Assembly: GCA_977018835.1 (NCBI GenBank)
Contig: OZ361256.1
Span: 3,348,001-3,412,000 of the forward strand
From: Minutocellus sp. GHC0000111
Taxonomy: Eukaryota
Direction: 5' to 3'
DNA: 64,000 nucleotides
This document shows positions 11,506-23,566 of the stretch, piece after piece; position 1 is the first letter of the stretch; each line of letters begins with the position of its first letter. Below the pieces are notes generated by a model. The model made no database searches, was not told where the DNA came from, and saw nothing but the letters and a program-made list of their open reading frames with translations. The position numbers and the translations under genes are program-made.

Positions 11506-11994
11506 CTGGTTGAAAGTGAATGAAAAACAGTAGCGTTGCTTTTTGGGACTTGCTATGAATGGGTGAGAGCTCTCGTCCCGCTTTATGCTTTGGTAATGGA
11601 ATAATTACGAGTATCCGCCAATTCGATTGTGCTTTGACTGCCAACCTTCAGCTTTCTGCCAACCCATTTTATTCACGGGTCAACAAAGTAGGGTTTGAGG
11701 AGAGAAGCGATGATTTCAAAAAGAAAGATGCCTTTGCCTGGTCCCGAATCTGCCAAACTCGGGATCAAATCCCAGACCGCCACCCATACAAATTGCCCTC
11801 CCAATCGACCATTATGCCCCTTGCAATGGCACCAAACACCGTATCTCCCTGCAATCTCACACATAATCAGCCTTCTATGGTCCCAAGGTAACGTGGTGTC
11901 ACCCCGATAAACACCAACTTGCAAAGATGGGCACATGCGCTCACAAAAACCGTTGCGGTGGGCGGGAGAAATGGTCAAGTCGGAAATGTCGTCA

Positions 11995-12300
11995 AAAATG
12001 AGGTATTTGGCTAATATCTCGTGAGATACACCTTCGTGCCCCGGAAAAGTCGTGCTCATTCGATCGGCATAGTTCATGGGTAGACTGTTGTCGAGGAACC
12101 AACACTCGATTGGCAAGGTGTGTCGCGAATTCGCATGCTTGACTGCCGAAATTGGGCCCAAATCCGACATTTGCCGCAAAAAGAGGTATTTGGCGTTTAT
12201 CTCGTGAGATACAGCTTCATGCCCCGGAAAAGTGATGATCGTTCGATCCACATAGTGTGTGGGTGAACCGCTGTCAAGAAACCAACACTCAACTTGCAAC
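11995..12300. repeat. Degenerate direct repeat with ~183-bp period, in a gene-poor, TE-like tract
   Basis: GAGGTATTTGGC...ATCTCGTGAGATACA...CCCCGGAAAAGT...AACCAACACTC occurs at 12000 and 12183. Confidence 0.7.
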
Positions 12301-13747
12301 CAGTGTCAAGAACTCGCATGTTCCATCCCTGATAATCGTCAAATTGCCCGCCAAAACAGTTTTTGGTGTCTATTTCTTCAGATAAACCTTCCAGCCCCCA
12401 GTTCAACCATATCATTCGTTATATTTGGCCTATGGGTGGAGTTTGATGTGGTGGTTTGAACGGAATTCGTTGTGAGTGTCGAGAATTCGATCACGACAAG
12501 CATGAAATATCGTCGGAAACCGAAAAATACGGTATTTGCGGTATGTTTCATGTTTTAGGCCTCGAGACCAGGATTTTATCCTATCAATCGTCGGTTTGGG
12601 TTCATGGGTGGAGGTTTGTGCGGTGGTTTGAAGGGAATTCATCGGCTGTGTCGAAAATGAGCGTGCTACACGCCCAGAAATGAGCTGGGTGGGCTTTGGG
12701 GCCAGTTTGGGGCGTAATTCTTGCCAAATAGGCCTCGAGACCAGGATTACACCTTTCAGATCTTTTATGTTGGTATAGGAGTTAGTATAGATGCGGTAGT
12801 TTGCTGGCAGTTGGCCAGTGGGATGGAGGATTGTCGAGTAAGATGCCCAAAAATGGCTCGAAACGAGATTTTTGGGGTTGTCGGAGAGGTGGTGGGGGCG
12901 ATATCTGGACAATCAAGCGAGAAGACCAGCACAAACTGGCTTCATTATATTGATATGATCCCATGCCAGTATACCGAGCCTTTGGCGAAGCTTTGGTTGG
13001 CGGCTTGGCCACTAACTGTGTCCAGAACAGCTCGTGGAGGTCGGTGACAACGGATTTGGGGTATTCTAAGAGGAGTGATTGGGTTCAATTCTCGGCCTTA
13101 TGGGCAAGATTTACTGTGCACTTTCCTTCCGCTACATGCGGATATACCAAAAGGGTGATGTGAGCGCTTGGGCAGAGGTTTGGGCAATGGACTTGTGCTC
13201 AACGCTGAGTATTTCTGCTTGTTGGGGTCAGCGCGGCGTGGCAGGAGAGCCAACCTTGCCAAGGGAGAGTGGTGATAGATTGGCATGCCGACGCAACCAA
13301 GAGTGTTCTATTAGCTTTAGTTGCACTATATATGCATGTAAGAAGTTAGTTTTTCATAAATGATCTTAACCTGTTTACTCTATGAAACTCAGTAGTCGTA
13401 ATCATCTGTAGTAGTTGCAACGGGGCTATCAGGGCCCGGCCCGACCTTGCTCTCTGACATTGGTAACGTCTGAAAATAAATAGCCAATCAAGCAATTCTA
13501 CTGCAGCTACTACCGATAGAATCCCACTAGATTTATATGCGGATGGGGCGCTACGCGAATAAACAATATTGAGGTCGTGATTATTTGTTGCGCTATAAGC
13601 CCTGACTCTTCGTCGAGGTCGATGGCCATCGAGATTTACCTACTAGCTAGGTACGATAAAATCGTCGAATTTTCACATCGATTTGCCTCATTACTTTCTA
13701 CACCAGTACTAAGAAGCTTTTGTGATCATTTTGATCGCTCAGGTATG

Positions 13748-14632
13748 TCAAGAGACGCAGTTTGCTGCCCCCCCCCATTGAGTCAGGCGTTTCATGAAGT
13801 CATGTTCTCGATGATGCTGACAACCAAGGTGGAATGGAAGGCGTGCGCTGTTGTCTTTCATAATCATCAGCGCTTGGCCTTGGAGCAAGAGCATTTCGAT
13901 GATTTCAGGACGAGCACCATTCTGGAAAGCGAGATGCAAGGGCGTTTTTCCTTCCTGATCTTTTTCGCTCACTGCACCGGGGTATTTACTTACCAAGTCT
14001 TCAACAAATTCCACATTAAGATCGTGTGGCACAGCGAGATGGAGTGGCAAGCGGCCGTGATTGTCTTTTGTTTCAATGATGGGGCGTTCTTTGTCCCCAA
14101 AACTCGAATCGTCATAAATGTAGATGCACTCTCGACGGAAATGATCAAGCTGAACGACTTCTGTCGAAAGGCTTTCTTTCCGGTCAATTTTATCATCAAC
14201 AAGGAGAGTATGTAGAAGAAAATTGCCGTGATTTTCAACGTATGACTCATATCGTTTCTCCAGCAAGTACTGGAATGCATCTTTATTATCACTCCTGGTT
14301 GAACAGTGCAAGGGCAGCCCGAGGACGCTGTGGCGATGATCAATCGATCCCGGATAGCTCTATCAGATGCTTCAAAAGGTTTGTACTGCATCCAGCCTTA
14401 CAAGCGCAATGTATCGGCAGCCCAAACTCGCTCGATACATGCCGAATGGCGTCTGCGTTGAGTTGGTTTAACTTTGAAAGCGTTTCTTTGGCTTCGTCGC
14501 AAGAGTACTCGCGCGACCAATCGTGTTGGCAAAAAATATGCATAACTTTTCGTTCTTCCGCATCCAGGCGACTTATTGAGTACGGCAATTGTTCAGAACA
14601 TTTTGGCAAAAACTGCTGATCTCAGGGGTCAT
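13748..14632 (-). pseudogene. Ankyrin-repeat-like protein, fragmented
   Basis: GLPIHCAC, DNHGRLPLHLA, DQEGKTPLHLA and DNSARLPFHLG blocks are spread across different frames with stops. Confidence 0.6.
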
Positions 14633-14862
14633 AAAAAGAATAAAATGCCGCGCTTTGTTAGACGCTGGCTCCTCGCAGTCATGACTATCGCACCTCGTGT
14701 TGCTGCTTGCGCTCGCTGCATGATGCTGATGCGATGATGATGGGCGACAGACAGACCATTTTTTCTGAGCCGTCCGTCTCGCTAAGCAACTTGCTCTATT
14801 CTCAACTGCCACTCAATCGTCGCTGGTGTGTGTTCTTGCTGAAGAAGAGCACCAAAGAAGTC

Positions 14863-16146
14863 ATGAGGGCATTTGCCTTATCCTCATTGGTATGCGCTGG
14901 CATCGCTTCTTTGCCAGAAGATGCCCAGGCGTTCGTTTCCAGCACATTGCCAGCAGCCATCGTAAGTAGCGGACGCAGCCTTCGTGACCATGCAGATGTA
15001 GGAAGCTCGATAGGCGTATGCAACAATGTGCAGAGAGATAGAATATATGGCGCCAAACATTTAAAGCGCAGTTTAGTGCTGTATGCCGCCAAACGAGGTG
15101 GGGCCATGGCACGGAAGAAGAGCAAGGAACAGGGCGGCAAAACCGGCACAAGCTCGGGCAGTAGCGGAGGAGGCTTCGGCGGCACCAGCAGCAAGCCCAC
15201 GGACGCATCCATGAGCGGACTTCAGGGCAGCCGAACTCAACAGGGTGAAGGCGGACGAGAAATCTACTCCCTTCCAGCATTGTACGATTTGGCCTTTGGT
15301 TATCGCAACTACGAGGAGGAGGTGGACTTCTTGTTGAACGCCCATCGGAAGTATTCGGGACAGGAAAGCACGAATGGGCCAAGCGACATTTTGGAATTGG
15401 CGGCAGGTCCTGCGCGTCATTCCATAAGTTGTTTGAGAGAGAATGGAGGAAAGATCAAATCAGTAACTGCCGTAGATTTGTCCTCTGATATGGTTCAATA
15501 TGGCAAGGAGAATGCTGATCAGGAGCTCGGCGATGCCGGAACCGGTGGACTTCGAGATGCCTTCAGCTATTTGCAGGAGGACATGAGATCCTACTGTCTT
15601 GGCGACGGAAAAGAGTCTCGAAGGGAGTCTTTGGACTCTGCATGGATATTGCTAGGATCGATGCAGCACTTAGTGACCAACGATGATGTCATCGATTGTT
15701 TCCAATCTACTGCCAACGCCCTTCGTCCAGGAGGGACGCTGATCATCGAGCTTCCTCATCCGAGAGAAACCTTTACCATGGTAGAGTGCACTCGCAATGG
15801 ATGGGAGGTGCCCCTGGAAGATGACGAGGGGACCGAGTATGGCGAGCTCAAGGTGATTTGGGGCGACGACGATGATCCGTTCGACCCCATCCGTCAGGTG
15901 CGCGACTTTACCGTGGCGTTGGAGCTGACTGGAGTTGATGAGAATGATACCAGCGGTGAAATGAAGAAGTTGCAGAGCGTGAAAGAGGTGGTTCCCATGC
16001 GATTGTTCACTGCTCAGGAAATGGATGCCCTGGCGAGATGCGCTGGACTTCGTGTGGTGGCCATGTATGGCGCCCTTAGCGAGGAGGTTGCCGTTGACAG
16101 TGACAACGAGGCATTCAGATTGGTGTGCATCATGAGAAAGGAATAG
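14863..16146 (+). CDS. SAM-dependent methyltransferase, predicted plastid-targeted
   Basis: Signal peptide ending AQA-F; YDLAFGYRNYEEEVDFL, ILELAAGPARH, AVDLSSDM and LRPGG motifs. Confidence 0.8.
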   Translation: MRAFALSSLVCAGIASLPEDAQAFVSSTLPAAIVSSGRSLRDHADVGSSIGVCNNVQRDRIYGAKHLKRSLVLYAAKRGGAMARKKSKEQGGKTGTSSGSSGGGFGGTSSKPTDASMSGLQGSRTQQGEGGREIYSLPALYDLAFGYRNYEEEVDFLLNAHRKYSGQESTNGPSDILELAAGPARHSISCLRENGGKIKSVTAVDLSSDMVQYGKENADQELGDAGTGGLRDAFSYLQEDMRSYCLGDGKESRRESLDSAWILLGSMQHLVTNDDVIDCFQSTANALRPGGTLIIELPHPRETFTMVECTRNGWEVPLEDDEGTEYGELKVIWGDDDDPFDPIRQVRDFTVALELTGVDENDTSGEMKKLQSVKEVVPMRLFTAQEMDALARCAGLRVVAMYGALSEEVAVDSDNEAFRLVCIMRKE

Positions 16147-16584
16147 GAATCCTAGACAATAAGATACTACGGTATAATACATGTTAGAATCTTTGCAATA
16201 CGGTCCTTCGAATGTTATTTCTACCGGTAGATCAGGTCGGTCAGATGTGTGTCGTCTCTCGGCAGGTCCACAACACAAGGTCTTTCTAAACACGTGGCAC
16301 AACCAGCCAAGCTGCCGACTTCTACGTACGGTACAAATACGTACGTTGTACCACCCGGGCGGCCAAGCAAAAAATGCGCCAACGTGCACCCCCTTTGTTG
16401 GCAATGACGGCCACAGAAATGACTGCATGAGCCGCTCAATCGCCCGAGCCTGAACAGACAACACAGAACAAGAACCAGGAGCCAAGCGAGTCAAGAAGTA
16501 GTTGGCTCGTTGCCTTGGCCATCAGACCAGCGAACTGCTTTTCTCAAGGCGCACATCGTCATTCCAATCGAAGTAGGAATTCCT

Positions 16585-18051
16585 ATGCAGCACGAACACG
16601 AGCAACAGGAGCAGCAAGGCCACAGTCCCCTCCGCTTTGGAGGCAAAGCCTCGCATTACCACGCGGCCGCATTATCGTCCGCCGAGGCTGACGACAATGA
16701 CGAAGAAGCCTTCGGCAGGGGTGGCGGCGACGCGTGCAATCGGAGCGTCGACTCGGTGTCGTGATGGTCCGAGTCCCAACTGTCTTCGGCGGCGTACCCC
16801 CCGCTAAGTCCGCAGGCGCAGAGCGCGATACAAGCGTCGAGGCGAAGATTTTTCATAACGGTCGCCTTGCTGGTGCTAGGAGCGATGGGGCTGTATGTCA
16901 GCGGGTATCAGGCGGGGGAGCGGCACGAGCACGAACAGATGGTAGCGGCACTGGGTGCTAGCGGTACTGGCATTGATGCCGATGGGTCGATAGTAGCTGA
17001 TGAAAGTCTCCTCGATGCTGACGACGATACCATCGAAGAATTGACGGTGGAAGAAACGAATGATTTGGACATGGACGAGATAATAGAAGAAGCCGAGGAG
17101 GAGGCCGAAGAAGAGCTAGCACTGGAGACGACGAAACAGCAGCAAGAGGGCAATGGCAATTACAATGACAATGGCAACCTTCCACAAAACTATCAAAGAT
17201 TCCTGATCTTTGCCGAACAACGGAGCGGGTCGCGATTCCTAACCGACCTGTTGGACGATCACGACCAAATAATATGCGGAAACGAAGAATTGAACCACAA
17301 GGACACGTCCATGAATCTGAAGCACATGTCCATCGAGGAGTACATGAAGCTGCTGGAGAAAACCTATGACGACGTATTTCAGAGCAAGGCAACGGCGTCG
17401 CCGGCAAATACTAATGATGGCAACCTCGTCGTTGGCTGCAAGGTCATGTACAACCAGGGTGTGACGCACTTTGGCAAGGATCTGATGGCTAGACTCGACA
17501 AGGCGGGAATCAAGGTGATCCATCTGATCCGTCGGAACAAATTGCTCCAGTACATAAGCTTTGCATCCAATGAGAAGGACAAGCATCTGATGGCCGATAA
17601 GGAGAAGGCGGCGGAGCTTGCCGCTGCTGCCGCTGCGGCATCAGCGGAGGGAGGTGGGGTTCCGTTGAAGCACCAGGCTCATCCCAAGACCAAGGAGGAT
17701 GCACAGAGGATACGAGACGAGCTTACCATCAGCGGGAAGCATCCCGATAAAATCCTTAGCTTCATGAAAGCCCGGGAGACCGACGACAAGGCAGTTTCCA
17801 ACTTGGTATCGACGTATTTGGACACGGCAAATTATGCTTTTGTCGATTATGAAGATTTGAGCCGTGAGACAGAGGTGCAGATGGAGAGTCTGTTTGAGCT
17901 GCTCGGGGTGGAGAAGCGAAAGGTGGAGAGCCAGATGGAGAAGATTCACGAGGGGAAGCTCACCAGAGATTACTTCAAGAAGGGACAACAAGATGCAGTA
18001 AAGGAGGCGCTGGAGAAGTCAGAATTCCGTTGGATGCTTGATGGCTGGTGA
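16585..18051 (+). CDS. Type II membrane sulfotransferase (Stf0/NodH-like); in-frame TGA at 16762-16764
   Basis: PAPS-binding loop IFAEQRSGSRFLTDLL, plus KVIHLIRRNKLLQYIS and VDYEDL. TM segment FFITVALLVLGAMGLY. Confidence 0.7.
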
Positions 18052-18480
18052 ATTTTACATGTACTCGTCTACGACATGTACATGTACCGGTAGAGCTACT
18101 GGTGAATATATAGATTGCTTAACGCATTGCTTAATTGCTCAATAGGAGGGTATCGTATAAGAGTGTCTAGTGTTAGCAGATCTCGGCGATCCGGATATCG
18201 GCGATGATACAGCTGTAGATCTAGGTCAGAATTTAGAATTTTTGCCTGCCTCCGTCGAAGGTTCGCACCCATTCATGCGAACCCTTGGTCTTGACACGCT
18301 CAAAAGTCGCATGTTCCTCGACGAAGAATCCAGGCTTCCACTTTGAGCCCCATCACTGCTCTCACTCTTTATTCGCGCTCTGTCTCCTGATTCTCTCACC
18401 AGTCCAAATGTTTATCTTACTGCCTCGATCCCAATTCCTTGCCTCTGGCTCCTTATCACACATCAGATATTCCCACCAAG

Positions 18481-18804
18481 ATGAACCTTTCTAACATACT
18501 CCTCTTTCTTGCTCTCTACTTGCGCGTATCGGCATTTTCGCCAAGCCTGAAGAAGACACGATCTACTCATCTGAGTTACAATATCGTCATGCCCCCCGAA
18601 GATGACACCGAGAACGAGGAGTCTGTCTTTGAGCGCAAAAGAAAGGAGAAGGCCGACGAGGATGCCCACTTTCGCGAGAGATGCGACGCCGAGGGAATAA
18701 ACCTGAGCGAAATCGATCGGGCAGTGACTCCCGATATGCATAACAACCCCATGGGCAGCCTTATGCCTGGTGTCCATCTCACTGCGTTGTGTGGAGACGA
18801 TTAG
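18481..18804 (+). CDS. Small predicted plastid-targeted protein, unknown function
   Basis: MNLSNILLFLALYLRVSA-FSP bipartite presequence; 107 aa. Confidence 0.6.
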   Translation: MNLSNILLFLALYLRVSAFSPSLKKTRSTHLSYNIVMPPEDDTENEESVFERKRKEKADEDAHFRERCDAEGINLSEIDRAVTPDMHNNPMGSLMPGVHLTALCGDD

Positions 18805-18986
18805 ACGTTGTCATTTTAAAGGTTTGTCAACGACACAAGCAGGCTACTTTCCCCAGTAGGAGAAGGGGATCGATGGCTGCAAATTCCGTAGCTTTATATA
18901 TTTCGAGAGCGTTTTGCTTTGTAAATTAGATATGCATGCAGATACATGTGCATTGTTGGTTATTCTTTTGAGTTACATGGTGTGAG

Positions 18987-20012
18987 TTATAGCAAGACCG
19001 CCAAAAAGACGACGCAAAGAGCAGCATAGCCTCGGGACGAGCCACCACTTTCGTCGCGACGTTCAAGGATATCGGATCCATTCGTTTCAAGCACATCATT
19101 TCCTTCTACTGTTGCGATGGCAAAACTTTCCATACCTGCCGAGACACCATGCACAGCCTGTGTAAAACCAGTGTCGCATGGGTTGGTAGCATCATGTGGG
19201 GTCTCTCCCGCCATATAAAACTTTCCGGTATCGTCGTAGTAAAGCGTAACCGGGCCCTCAGGGTTTGCCGAAGAAGCATTCTCAACTTCGTTGACGTTAA
19301 CTCCGTTACCTACGATGTGAGCCACAGACTCATCTTCTTGACCATACTGCAATATAACGCCATGGGTCGAAGCGAGGGTACTATCGATTGCATTTGCCTC
19401 GTCGTTCGATGTCAGAGAGGACGATCCAAACAATTCTGTTTTACTTTCGTTGGGACTATCCACACCAATGCCATTTTCGAGACCAGCCTCGTCGCGATTG
19501 GCACCAATATCTTCGGCAATCATTGACTCCTCTCCATCAACATGCAACATATCAACGCCCTCCTTGACCACATTGTCTCCATTGATGGTGAGATCGACCG
19601 CACCAGACACTTCGCTGATGTTGTCATTTGCCGAAGCATTTATCTTATGCTTGCGCTTCTTGACGCCGGGCGCAGATCCTTCTCTGCACTTAGTCACTTT
19701 AGGTTTCTCTCGAATGCCATTTAGAGGTTTGGTTGATCCCTTCAATCCAGGTACAGGCACGTGCCTATCTGCTGGTTCATCACCCAACCCATCTCTGGGT
19801 TGTGTCCGAGGAAGTGGTGGGGAAGGAGTGCAGGTTGGTGCAAAGAATTCGGCCTCGGGATTTTCGTCTCGCAGAGGAAATATATGAACCAATGAGCGCA
19901 TACGAGAAGCTCGCGTTCCTTTCTTATGGGATTGGGCTTCAGCGACGCGCAAGCTAATCGGTCCAAGAATAAGGAAAAAGACAAGCAAGTTGTCACGCTT
20001 GACCAGGACCAT
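18987..20012 (-). CDS. Secreted or GPI-anchored low-complexity protein
   Basis: N-terminal hydrophobic signal and C-terminal hydrophobic tail after SGGSS. Confidence 0.55.
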   Translation of the reverse strand: MVLVKRDNLLVFFLILGPISLRVAEAQSHKKGTRASRMRSLVHIFPLRDENPEAEFFAPTCTPSPPLPRTQPRDGLGDEPADRHVPVPGLKGSTKPLNGIREKPKVTKCREGSAPGVKKRKHKINASANDNISEVSGAVDLTINGDNVVKEGVDMLHVDGEESMIAEDIGANRDEAGLENGIGVDSPNESKTELFGSSSLTSNDEANAIDSTLASTHGVILQYGQEDESVAHIVGNGVNVNEVENASSANPEGPVTLYYDDTGKFYMAGETPHDATNPCDTGFTQAVHGVSAGMESFAIATVEGNDVLETNGSDILERRDESGGSSRGYAALCVVFLAVLL

Positions 20013-20575
20013 CGTGGTGGAAGCTTTGTTCAAATGTATGGTTATTCTTTGATTTTTGCACACCAGCTCCGCCGCGACTGAACCTGGTCACAAGAAAATA
20101 TTGTATCGTAACAGTGCAACAGCAAACATTCATTTGAATTCTCTCTCAAAGCACAAAGTAGGCGTCAACTTTTGCATCGCGTCACAATGTCTCCACTCAA
20201 TCAGTCTAAAAAGGACCACAGAAGGTAGATCGGCCTCTGGAAAGCAAATGATATGACTTTTTGATACACTAACCAAGCGACGCTGCTGTCACAGGCACTG
20301 CTTCGCCTTCGTCCACACCATAGCATCATCCATCGCCGCCATCGCCGTCAAGCAATCGATCAGATGCAGAAGAGCTATGATCCACGTATCAAGGTCCCTT
20401 GTACGTATTACGCACGTTGCCACGTGCGTACGTAAGAATGAAAAATTGGGAAGCTCTGGCCGTCGTACGAAAGATACGCCAACGTCAATTGTTCGTCAAA
20501 TCAATCAAATCTCGTGCCGATGCACCGTGCCGACAGAGTTCATTAGTAGAAGCCACCCCCCAACTCAACTTTCAT

Positions 20576-20779
20576 ATGTCTCGCAGTCGACAGGAGCAGC
20601 CCATAAACTGGGGACGAAAGTTCCAGGGCGCGGCGGCTGGCTTCGCATGCGGTTCCGTGATTGGCATGTTCGCTAGCACATTGCACTCGGGCAGAATTCG
20701 ACCGACTCCGCAATCGCTCTCGGCCGCCTTATTTATGGGGACAGTGCTTGGAATTGGAGGGGCGATCAAAACAAACTGA
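20576..20779 (+). CDS. Small membrane protein, Romo1/Mgr2-like
   Basis: 67 aa with two Gly-rich hydrophobic helices (GAAAGFACGSVIG; FMGTVLGIGGAI). Confidence 0.45.
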   Translation: MSRSRQEQPINWGRKFQGAAAGFACGSVIGMFASTLHSGRIRPTPQSLSAALFMGTVLGIGGAIKTN

Positions 20780-20984
20780 TGGAACTCTGTGTCGCAGTGC
20801 AAGCTATGAAATATGCAAAAATTATTCGTCTGATCGCCTTGAGGAAGCACTCTCGACACTCTTCTCTAGAGACTAGTCTAGTCTGTAGCTAGGACCTAGT
20901 AGGCACACTTGAAAGATTTATTTATCCCACCATGATCATGTATCAAAACATCATAACGTTCAGTTTGCCAATTGCTATGTGTTG

Positions 20985-23566
20985 TTATCTACCCAACAAT
21001 GACGTTTCGCTGAACCATTTTCGCACCGTGTACACTTGTAGAGAGTGATTTCACGAGAGAGCAGACACCCCCTCCGCGATGTTTCGTAAACATTGTACCA
21101 ACTTCCTTTTATTGATGATCCTTACTCAGAAGGGTATTGCAGACCATAATCAACAATAAAAGGAAGTTGGTACAATGATCTTGGTGCTCTTTTAGCACAT
21201 GATATAGATACGGTATTAGAGTGTTTCTTTTGGTAAACTATTGTTTGAAAATTTATTTTTATGTCGTAGAATACACTTGTGCTGTTTCAAGAAAGAAAAA
21301 ATACATCGAACTTTATAACGAAACAAAACCCATTTCGTTCAACGAATGGGGCCACAACATGTGTCGCCGACGTGCCTCCCATTGAGAACAATCAAGACTA
21401 CGGGGCACCATACCCTTGTAATAGCCTTTCACAACACTGTGGTGCAGCAGGAGACTTGCAATTACTTTTTTGAGCCTTGAAAAATTCGTTCGCGTTAGAC
21501 CCGATTTTTTCGACAGTTTCCGACGTTCCATCACGACCATGTTCGCCCGATGTACAGCACCACCCCGGCCATCGCATACACTCTGACCACCTAGATGCCT
21601 TCCTGAATATTACTGGAAGGGATTTTTGGGCGATAGCGGTGCGTCGGTGCGTGCCTGTACCGCGAAATGTGGCCCAGCGCCATTACCACCCCCATTACAC
21701 CACCCATCCGAAAGTTGGTCCGGATGCTTTTATGCGGTCCATGCACCACTTCCGTTGCACTGAGCCGTCGACGCTTCACCCATATATATACCAAGCGCAT
21801 TTGAGTGGGGGGTGGTGGCATTTCTTGACAATTCATAGAGAAAACTATTCCCAAAGTCCCGTGTCTGATGTCGGCACCAGATTTCACCTTCATTGCTTCT
21901 GCCGCCCGAGAGGAACGAAACCGGAGAAAGCGGCCAAACCAACACGTGAGATCGATGGATGTAATATAGAATGAGCATCGTGCGTGCTGATATTGCGTGA
22001 AGGAACAGTGGTTGAGGCTTGAAGGGGGTTGTAGTTGGGGATTTGCTACTTTCAGATGTTTTTGCTTTCCATGGTGACGGCCACAATGATACAAAGATGG
22101 GGCCCAATATCGACCCTCTGGCGCAAACTTGCTCCCAATATTACCCAAGTGAAAGTAATGCCGGTCAGGGAGGATTGAAATGGATGTAGACAAGCATCAG
22201 CCATCATTCTTTGCCATTTTGAGGGTAAAAAAATATTGAAAATTTCTGGGCATGAGGAGATGTTGCTAAAATAGCACATGATGTACGAATGAGTTTGCTT
22301 TCAAGTATGCAATACTCACCTAACGCATGTAGTTGGCGTATACATCGGTTGGCTTGGAGTTATTTATCGTTATACCATCATTTGGTGGCCTTCTTGTGGA
22401 GATGAATTCTCCTTGCTTTCGCCGTGTTGAGAGAGGCCATTTAGTGGGTTCATTTTTGCGCTGCATAAAGTATCGCACAAAAAAATTTCCTAGTGCCTTA
22501 CTATTTACGGCGATTTTGTCGGCGGTCTCGTGGAATCACTCTGTACGCCCGTCACTACGCAAAAGATGACAGTCTGCAACAAACTGCTCAATACCATCCT
22601 GGAATGCGAATGCTCGTTGACGGCGGCATGGACCGTATTCCGATGCTGCTCCTTTTGTTGGTACTCCTTAATTTCTCCCAATAAACGGTTCAATCGCTTC
22701 AACTGATCATGCGTCGTCTTCAAATCCTCATCCTGCAATCCCTCTGGTGTCAGGTCCTCCATGTCTTTTTCCTCCTCCAACATATGCCGACGCTGGTACG
22801 TGTACACATGTCCCGTGCGCTTATCGATCCCACCCAAGTCCGATGCTTTGCGCAGTTCCATTTCCACCGTAATGGGATACCACGAACTCTTGACACACAG
22901 GCGATACCACCCCGGGGCAACAATCGGTCCAAACGTCCTCTCCACGGCATCGCCCTCACTGGCCCGCTGATGCTTGTCAATCTTCTTCTGCCGCTTGGCA
23001 TCAATGGCCGCCCGGCGGTTGTTGATCTTTTGCTTTCGCTTCTCCGACCTTTTCACAGCCACGGGGTGGTCATCGTCCAACACGTAGTCGTCGTCGTACT
23101 CATCGTCGTCATCGGCCCGATCGAACGCGGCATCGTCATCATCCACGGCATCGTCGTCCCAATTGGCATCGTACTCAAATTCAATGGCCATGTAGTCGAG
23201 AATGTTGTCGCCCTGCCCAGCCGGGCCGGTGCCGAAGCGTCGGCCCTGGCCGTATCGGCCAATGCTGGCCTTGAGGTCGTGGGCGGTATCGCTACCGGGT
23301 GGGGCGACGGGACCCTCGAAGATGCCAGTGGCTTTGAGCTCGGCACCGGACGTGATGAAGACGGAGGCCGTGACGGATTCGTCATTCTCAAGAAACTCAT
23401 GCAGACATTCCGAACCTCGTTGCGGGATCTTGTATTGGAGGGGAATGTGGGCCGATACCAGCAGCAAAGCGGGTTGGCCAAGCACGAGCAAGAACAGTGC
23501 TGATATGCAGGAACCGCACGACGATGCCCCGTGGCTCGCTCGCGTTGGTAATGCAGCGCCTCTCAT
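20985..23566 (-). CDS. p24/emp24/GOLD family protein, interrupted near its C-terminus by a 1.5-kb insertion
   Basis: Signal peptide, GOLD motifs (ECLHEFL, GWYRLCV), coiled coil and TM ending TGV at 22544. The missing tail QVYTVRKWFSETSLLGR* lies in frame at 21038-20985. Confidence 0.85.
21041..22543. mobile_element. Non-autonomous DNA transposon (Tc1/mariner-like: TA target duplication, imperfect TIRs), 1503 bp
   Basis: Left end GAGAGTGATTTCACGAGA versus reverse complement of right end CAGAGTGATTCCACGAGA (16/18, extending to about 22/27). TA at 21039-21040 and 22544-22545. Removing the element plus one TA restores the p24 reading frame. No transposase recognised inside. Confidence 0.85.
21091..21177. 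repeat. Perfect 24-bp inverted repeat (hairpin) inside the transposon
   Basis: CATTGTACCAACTTCCTTTTATTG (21091-21114) pairs with CAATAAAAGGAAGTTGGTACAATG (21154-21177). Confidence 0.9.

Noticed and set aside
14863..16146. Methyltransferase as a possible ArsM extending the arsenic cluster
   Set aside because: I see no ArsM-type conserved cysteine pattern. It is plastid-targeted and 8.5 kb away with unrelated genes in between.
21279..22569. Short ORFs inside the TIR element as a transposase
   Set aside because: No DDE/DDD or HTH motif was recognisable in any listed frame.
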